From contig CAZHTZ010000005.1 of the NCBI GenBank assembly GCA_964535455.1, positions 1-44,900 of the forward strand: 44,900 nucleotides of DNA, written 5' to 3'. The notes beneath the pieces are model-generated. The model was not told the origin of the DNA. It saw nothing but the letters and a program-made list of their open reading frames with translations, and made no database searches. The translations under genes were made by a program, and so were the position numbers. Numbering within the stretch: the stretch's first letter is position 1; every line of letters starts with the position of its first letter. This stretch comes from an uncultured Caldilineales bacterium. Lineage in GTDB: Bacteria; Chloroflexota; Anaerolineae; J102. Of this stretch, positions 40,515 to 44,900 are shown piece by piece.

Positions 40515-41378
40515 CTAGAGCCCCTTGCGCACCGGCGCGAGGTCCGGGAACCGGGGCGCACGCTTCTCCTGCTGGGCGCTGAACGCCTCGCGCATGTGCT
40601 CCCGGGCGAACATGCCCGATTGCCACAGCGCGATGTAGTCGAGCGCATCGGCGCTCGCGTGGTCGCGCGCGTAGTTGATCATCGCCTTGGAGCCGGCGAC
40701 CGCCAGCGGGTTCTTGGCCGCGATCTCGCGCGCCGTCGCCATCACCGCGCTCATCATGGCGGCATGGTCGGGATAGATCTCGTTGACGAGGCCGATCGCC
40801 TTGGCCCTTTCCGCCGGCAGGCGGCGACCGGTGTAGGCGAGCTCGCGCACCCACCCCTCCGGGATCAGCTTGCACAGGCGCGGGAAAGTGCCGACGTCCG
40901 CCGTCATGGCAATGTTGATCTCCTGGATGCAGAAGAACGCATCGGCGGTGCAGTAGCGGATGTCGCATGCCGACGTCATGTCCACCGCGCCACCGATGCA
41001 GCCGCCCTGGATCGCCGCGAGCACCGGAATGCGCGCCTGATCCAGGCAGGAGAACGTACCCTGCAGGTGCTTGACGAGGTGGCGGAAGGCCTCGTTGGCC
41101 ACGTGCGGGTCGCGCCCGGCGCCCTCCTGCAGCGCGCCGTTGTCGGCGAACACCTCCAGATCCATGCCGGCGCAGAAATGCTTGCCCGTGGACGAGATGA
41201 CGATCGCGCGGGCGCGCGCGTTGTCGTCGATGTCGCGCACGATCGCCGGCAGCTCCGACCAGAACGCGGGGCCCATGGCGTTGAGCTTGTCGGGCCGGTT
41301 GAGGCGCACGTGCGCGACGCCGTCCGCGACCGTCACCTCGAAGCACTCAGCCCCGGCGGCCGTGTCCTGTTGCGCCAT
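40515..41378 (-). CDS. Crotonase/enoyl-CoA hydratase family protein
   Basis: LNRPDKLNAM, FCAGMDL, GGCIGGAVD, ADVGT; GGAGGGAG SD before ATG 41378. Confidence 0.92.
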   Translation of the reverse strand: MAQQDTAAGAECFEVTVADGVAHVRLNRPDKLNAMGPAFWSELPAIVRDIDDNARARAIVISSTGKHFCAGMDLEVFADNGALQEGAGRDPHVANEAFRHLVKHLQGTFSCLDQARIPVLAAIQGGCIGGAVDMTSACDIRYCTADAFFCIQEINIAMTADVGTFPRLCKLIPEGWVRELAYTGRRLPAERAKAIGLVNEIYPDHAAMMSAVMATAREIAAKNPLAVAGSKAMINYARDHASADALDYIALWQSGMFAREHMREAFSAQQEKRAPRFPDLAPVRKGL

Positions 41379-41448
41379 CGCTCCCTCCCGATCTGCGAAT
41401 CCCAGTATGCACACGGTCTCGTCAAAATGTCAGGCTAGCTCACCTGCC

Positions 41449-42111
41449 ATGCTTCCCGATCTGCCGCAGACCGAGACCGCCATCATCGAGATGACGAACG
41501 CGTTCCGCAAGGAGCACAAGCTCGGGGCGGTGACGCCGAATGCCGCCCTCACCGCCGCCGCCAGGGCGTTCGCGGCCTATCTGGCAAAGACCGGCACGTT
41601 CGCCCACGAGGCGGACGGTCGCGCGCCGCACGAGCGGGCCGTGGCCCAGGGCTACCGCTACTGCCTCGTCTCGGAAAACCTCGCCATGAACCTCGACAGC
41701 CGCGGCTTCGAGAGCCGTCAGCTCGCCCGCGAGGCCGTCGAGGGCTGGAAGAAGTCACCCGGCCATCGGGCCAACATGCTGCAGCCCGGGGCCACCGAGA
41801 TCGGCGTCGGCATCGCCCGCGCGGAGCACCGCAGCCCGAAGTTCATCTCCGTCCAGGTGTTCGGCCGTCCCGAGTCGCTCAAGGTGCGGTTCAGCATCGA
41901 GAACAGCACCGGCGCGCCGGTGTCCTATACGCTGGGCGAGGAGACGGAGACGCTGCCGCCGCGCGCGACCGTCACGCACACCAGCTGCGAGCCCGAGGAT
42001 CTGACCTTCGCGCGGGTCGGACAGGCGGCCCGGTTCACACCGCGCGACGGCGACCGGTTCGTCGCGCGCGCCTCGGGCGGCGCAACCACCATCGCCAACG
42101 AGCGCAAGTAG
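41449..42111 (+). CDS. CAP (SCP) domain protein
   Basis: TNAFR, F.H, SENLA, W..SPGHRANML, EIGVG. Alternative start at ATG 41407. Confidence 0.85.
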   Translation: MLPDLPQTETAIIEMTNAFRKEHKLGAVTPNAALTAAARAFAAYLAKTGTFAHEADGRAPHERAVAQGYRYCLVSENLAMNLDSRGFESRQLAREAVEGWKKSPGHRANMLQPGATEIGVGIARAEHRSPKFISVQVFGRPESLKVRFSIENSTGAPVSYTLGEETETLPPRATVTHTSCEPEDLTFARVGQAARFTPRDGDRFVARASGGATTIANERK

Positions 42112-42122
42112 CGGACGCCCGC

Positions 42123-42695
42123 TCAGGCGGCGCCGCGGGGCGGCAGGCCGAGACCGATGCAGTAGGCCACCGCCGGCTGCCACACGACGAACAGCAGGCG
42201 CAGATCGACGATCTCCCGGTCCCCCAGGTAGTAGAGCAGGCCGGCCAGCGCGCCGACCGCGATGGTCGTCGCCGCGCGCCGCACCGCGCGCAGCTCGTGC
42301 ACCAGCAGCGCACAGCCCAGATGCGTCACGCCCGCTCCGACCGCGCCGGCGGCCAGGCTGCCGAGGATCTGCCGCAGATCGCTGTTGGTGTTCATCACGC
42401 CGATCGCGGTGTGGATCGCCGCACTCCAGGCAAACATCGTCGCCACCAGCACCACCGGGACCGCCGAGAGCTGTCCTTTGGCGAACCAGACTCCCGTCGC
42501 CATGGCTACCGCGAAGAAAATCCCGATCGGCATCGCCCCGGCATCGAGGAAGAACAGCCTGCCGGGCAGCGCCAGCCACGCCGGCTCATAGGTCATGCCG
42601 GCCACGGCCGAGAGCACGCCCGACACCAGGCCGAGCGCTGCCAGCACCACGGCCGGCCGCGTGCGCGCTGCATCCACGAAGGTCGCTACCGCCAT
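42123..42695 (-). CDS. Hypothetical multi-pass membrane protein
   Basis: About 6 hydrophobic segments; co-oriented downstream of recO. Confidence 0.7.
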   Translation of the reverse strand: MAVATFVDAARTRPAVVLAALGLVSGVLSAVAGMTYEPAWLALPGRLFFLDAGAMPIGIFFAVAMATGVWFAKGQLSAVPVVLVATMFAWSAAIHTAIGVMNTNSDLRQILGSLAAGAVGAGVTHLGCALLVHELRAVRRAATTIAVGALAGLLYYLGDREIVDLRLLFVVWQPAVAYCIGLGLPPRGAA

Positions 42696-42735
42696 GTCCG
42701 GGCACTCCCTGAGCCAGCCGGGAGATAGCCGAGGA

Positions 42736-43470
42736 TTATGGCTGTTTGAGATACGCCAGCAGCCGACCGCGCGCTTCCGGCATCTCCAGCCCGCGCGGGC
42801 GCAGCACGCGGGCCTCGAGGAAATATCCTGTCAGCGCGAAGCCGGCCCGCAGGTCGTCCCCCAGGCCGGCCCCGGTGACCGCGCCGTCCTGCCTGCCGCG
42901 CAGGAAGGCCGGCAGCGCCAGCAGGCGGTCCTTGTAGGGCTCGCCCGCCTCGGCCGATACCGCCCGGCCCGATTTCGGCGACACGTAGACGAGGCCGGCG
43001 GTGCCGCCCGTGGCGGCGCAGCTCGCGAGATCGAGCCCGAAGCCCAGCTCCTCCAGCAGCGCCAGCTCCCAGCGCGCCAGCAGCGCGGGCCACACCGCCC
43101 TGTCGTCCAGGAAGCCCTGCACGAACAGCGTGATCTCGAACAGGCTGGGATGCGGATCGCGCTCCGGCAGCAGGCCCGCCAGCGCTGCCATCGATGTCAG
43201 GGCGGCCAGCGCGGCGCCGTCCTCCATCAGCGGCGCAGCGACGCCTTTGCGCAACTCGAGCGTGAAGTGGCCCAGGTGGTCGGCCAGCCGCGCCTTCCAC
43301 TCGGCGTCGACGTGATTGCCCGTCTGGAGCACGGGGCGCAGCCTGCGCGAGCGGCCGCCGTGCACGAGGCCGAGATGGCGCCCATGCTGGCGCGTGAACA
43401 GCTCGAGCACGGCGCCCGACTCGCCATGCGGGCGCACGCTGAGCACAACGCCTTCGTCGGACCATTGCAT
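42736..43470 (-). CDS. recO: DNA repair protein RecO (alphaproteobacterial type)
   Basis: MQWSDEGVVLSVRPHGE, WKARLADHLG, LGFGLDL..CAATG, YVSPKSGRAVS, LTGYFL. Confidence 0.95.
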   Translation of the reverse strand: MQWSDEGVVLSVRPHGESGAVLELFTRQHGRHLGLVHGGRSRRLRPVLQTGNHVDAEWKARLADHLGHFTLELRKGVAAPLMEDGAALAALTSMAALAGLLPERDPHPSLFEITLFVQGFLDDRAVWPALLARWELALLEELGFGLDLASCAATGGTAGLVYVSPKSGRAVSAEAGEPYKDRLLALPAFLRGRQDGAVTGAGLGDDLRAGFALTGYFLEARVLRPRGLEMPEARGRLLAYLKQP

Positions 43471-43604
43471 GGACAAGGGTTTAGCCCGCTTGCGCCGCCG
43501 CCGGAAGCCGGCGCGACAGCCCCGCGGGCACGATGCACAGTGGATGGCAGCCATCCGAAACCCAGCCTTGTTGCCGCACGCCGAAGCGGATACGCCTGCG
43601 CCAT

Positions 43605-44528
43605 ATGCGACAGCTTCTCGCGCTTGCCCGTGCATTTCCCCTGCTCGCCAGCTACCGGGCCCTGTCCCCGGTCACCCGCGGCTGCCTGCTCATGTCGCTT
43701 GGCACGCTCATGTTCGCGGGCATGCATGCCGCCATCCGCCACGCCACCCAGCATTTGCCGGCCGTCGAGGTGGCATTCTTCCGCAACCTGTTCGGCCTGG
43801 TCGTGATCGCACCGCTGCTCGTGCGCTACGGGCTCAGCCTGTTCCACACCAAGCGGCTCGGACTGCACGTGCTCCGCGCCTGCCTCAACGTGTTCTCGAT
43901 GGTGGCGTTCTTCACCGGCCTGTCGCTGACCCCGATCGCACGCGCCACCGCGCTGTCCTTCACAGCCCCCCTGTTCACCGCGCTGTTCAGCGCGATCTTC
44001 CTCGGCGAGGTGTTCCGCTGGCGGCGCTGGACGGCGATCTTCCTCGGCTTCTTCGGCGCGCTGGTGATCCTGCGGCCGGGGCTGCAGGCGCTCGATACGG
44101 GCGCGCTCCTGGTGCTCTTCTCGTCGCTGCTGTGGAGCATAGCGCTGATCGACATCAAGGTGCTGGGACGCACCGAGTCGAGCCTGACGATCACCGCCTA
44201 CGTCACGGTGCTGCTGATCCCGATGACGTTCGCGCCCGCCGTCCTGGTGTGGCAAACGCCCGAGCTCGACATGTGGGGCTGGCTCATTTTCATCGGCGTG
44301 ATCGGCACGCTCGGCCAGATCGCGGTCACCGACGCGCTCAAGCTGGCCGACATGACCGTGCTGATGCCATTCGATTTCATGAAGCTCGTGTGGGCGGCGT
44401 TCCTCGGCATCATCTTCTTCGCCGAGATTCCCGACCTGCTGACCTGGATCGGCGCCGCCATCGTGTTCGGCAGCTCGTTCTACATCGCCTGGCGCGAGGC
44501 CAAGCTGCGCAAGGCCGCGAGGGCTTAG
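43605..44528 (+). CDS. EamA/DMT family transporter
   Basis: EVAFFRN, FTAPLF, FLGE, ILRPG, PFDF.KL; about 10 TM segments. Start approximate. Confidence 0.88.
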   Translation: MRQLLALARAFPLLASYRALSPVTRGCLLMSLGTLMFAGMHAAIRHATQHLPAVEVAFFRNLFGLVVIAPLLVRYGLSLFHTKRLGLHVLRACLNVFSMVAFFTGLSLTPIARATALSFTAPLFTALFSAIFLGEVFRWRRWTAIFLGFFGALVILRPGLQALDTGALLVLFSSLLWSIALIDIKVLGRTESSLTITAYVTVLLIPMTFAPAVLVWQTPELDMWGWLIFIGVIGTLGQIAVTDALKLADMTVLMPFDFMKLVWAAFLGIIFFAEIPDLLTWIGAAIVFGSSFYIAWREAKLRKAARA

Positions 44529-44574
44529 ACGCCCGCCGCGCACATCGCACCGCTAATGTCGTCGGATGGCCAGC

Positions 44575-44690
44575 AGCAAGCCCCCCAGGAGCCGTGAGGG
44601 GGGAAGGGGAGGGCTCCTGGGGGATGGAAAGCGGTGTCCAAGCGCGGTTAGCCGCATCACCTCTACGGACCGCTTTCCCTTGCCCGCTGC
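44575..44690 (-). ncRNA. Candidate small RNA with two hairpins and a C-rich loop
   Basis: Stems 44582-44593/44612-44623 and 44626-44635/44669-44678; the minus-strand loop reads CTCCCCTTCCCCCCTCAC. Confidence 0.4.
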
Positions 44691-44838
44691 ACAGTGAGCT
44701 TAGATGCTCCGCCGCGGCGCGGTACTGATCCAGGTTAGCGTCGGTGCCGATTTGGGCGGCGCTGGAGATCGGTCGCGCCAAACTCAAAATGAGTACAGGA
44801 CTCACGCGGTGGCCGCCTCCCGCACCTGTCCGCTCTCC

Positions 44839-44900
44839 TCACGCCTTCGGGAACTTGAGGCCCATGTCGCGGTAGCGCTCGGGGTCGTTCTCCCAGCCTT
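44839..44900 (-). CDS. era: GTPase Era, 3' end only
   Basis: Manual minus-strand translation GWENDPERYRDMGLKFPKA* matches my recollection of the alphaproteobacterial Era C-terminus; fits era-recO-parC synteny. Confidence 0.75.
   Translation of the reverse strand, partial: GWENDPERYRDMGLKFPKA

Overview
The window falls into two parts that look like different organisms. 1-~39.57 kb reads as a Chloroflexota (Anaerolineae/Caldilineae-like) chromosome: tuf (5'-truncated)-rpmG-tRNA-Trp-secE-nusG-rplK-rplA-[L10 leader]-rplJ-rplL, a LuxR-type regulator with a cytoplasmic HtrA-like protease, map, transporters, a DksA/TraR-like gene behind a long structured leader, a two-component system next to a sulfate ABC operon (CysA fused to tandem USP domains, with Pho-box-like repeats upstream), a minus-strand operon (membrane-anchored GH3 with an altered NagZ motif, Ser/Thr kinase, FHA-winged-helix regulator, rfbD, GT2), yceD-rpmF-fabD-fabG-asp23-nusB-tatB-tatC, a COG2403-family protein, CYTH-CHAD, and most of a GyrA-like gene. 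~39.57-44.9 kb reads as an alphaproteobacterium (Hyphomicrobiales-like): the 5' end of parC, a decayed RelE/ParE toxin-antitoxin pair, a crotonase, a CAP protein, recO, a DMT transporter and the 3' end of era. The two parts are joined in frame inside the conserved N-terminus of the topoisomerase A subunit, most likely an assembly chimera. No CRISPR array, integrase or transposase was seen. All calls come from reading motifs by eye, with no database searches. The best candidates for new biology are the GH3/kinase/FHA module, the two-component system plus CysA-USP sulfate locus, and the structured leader at 10.65-10.91 kb.
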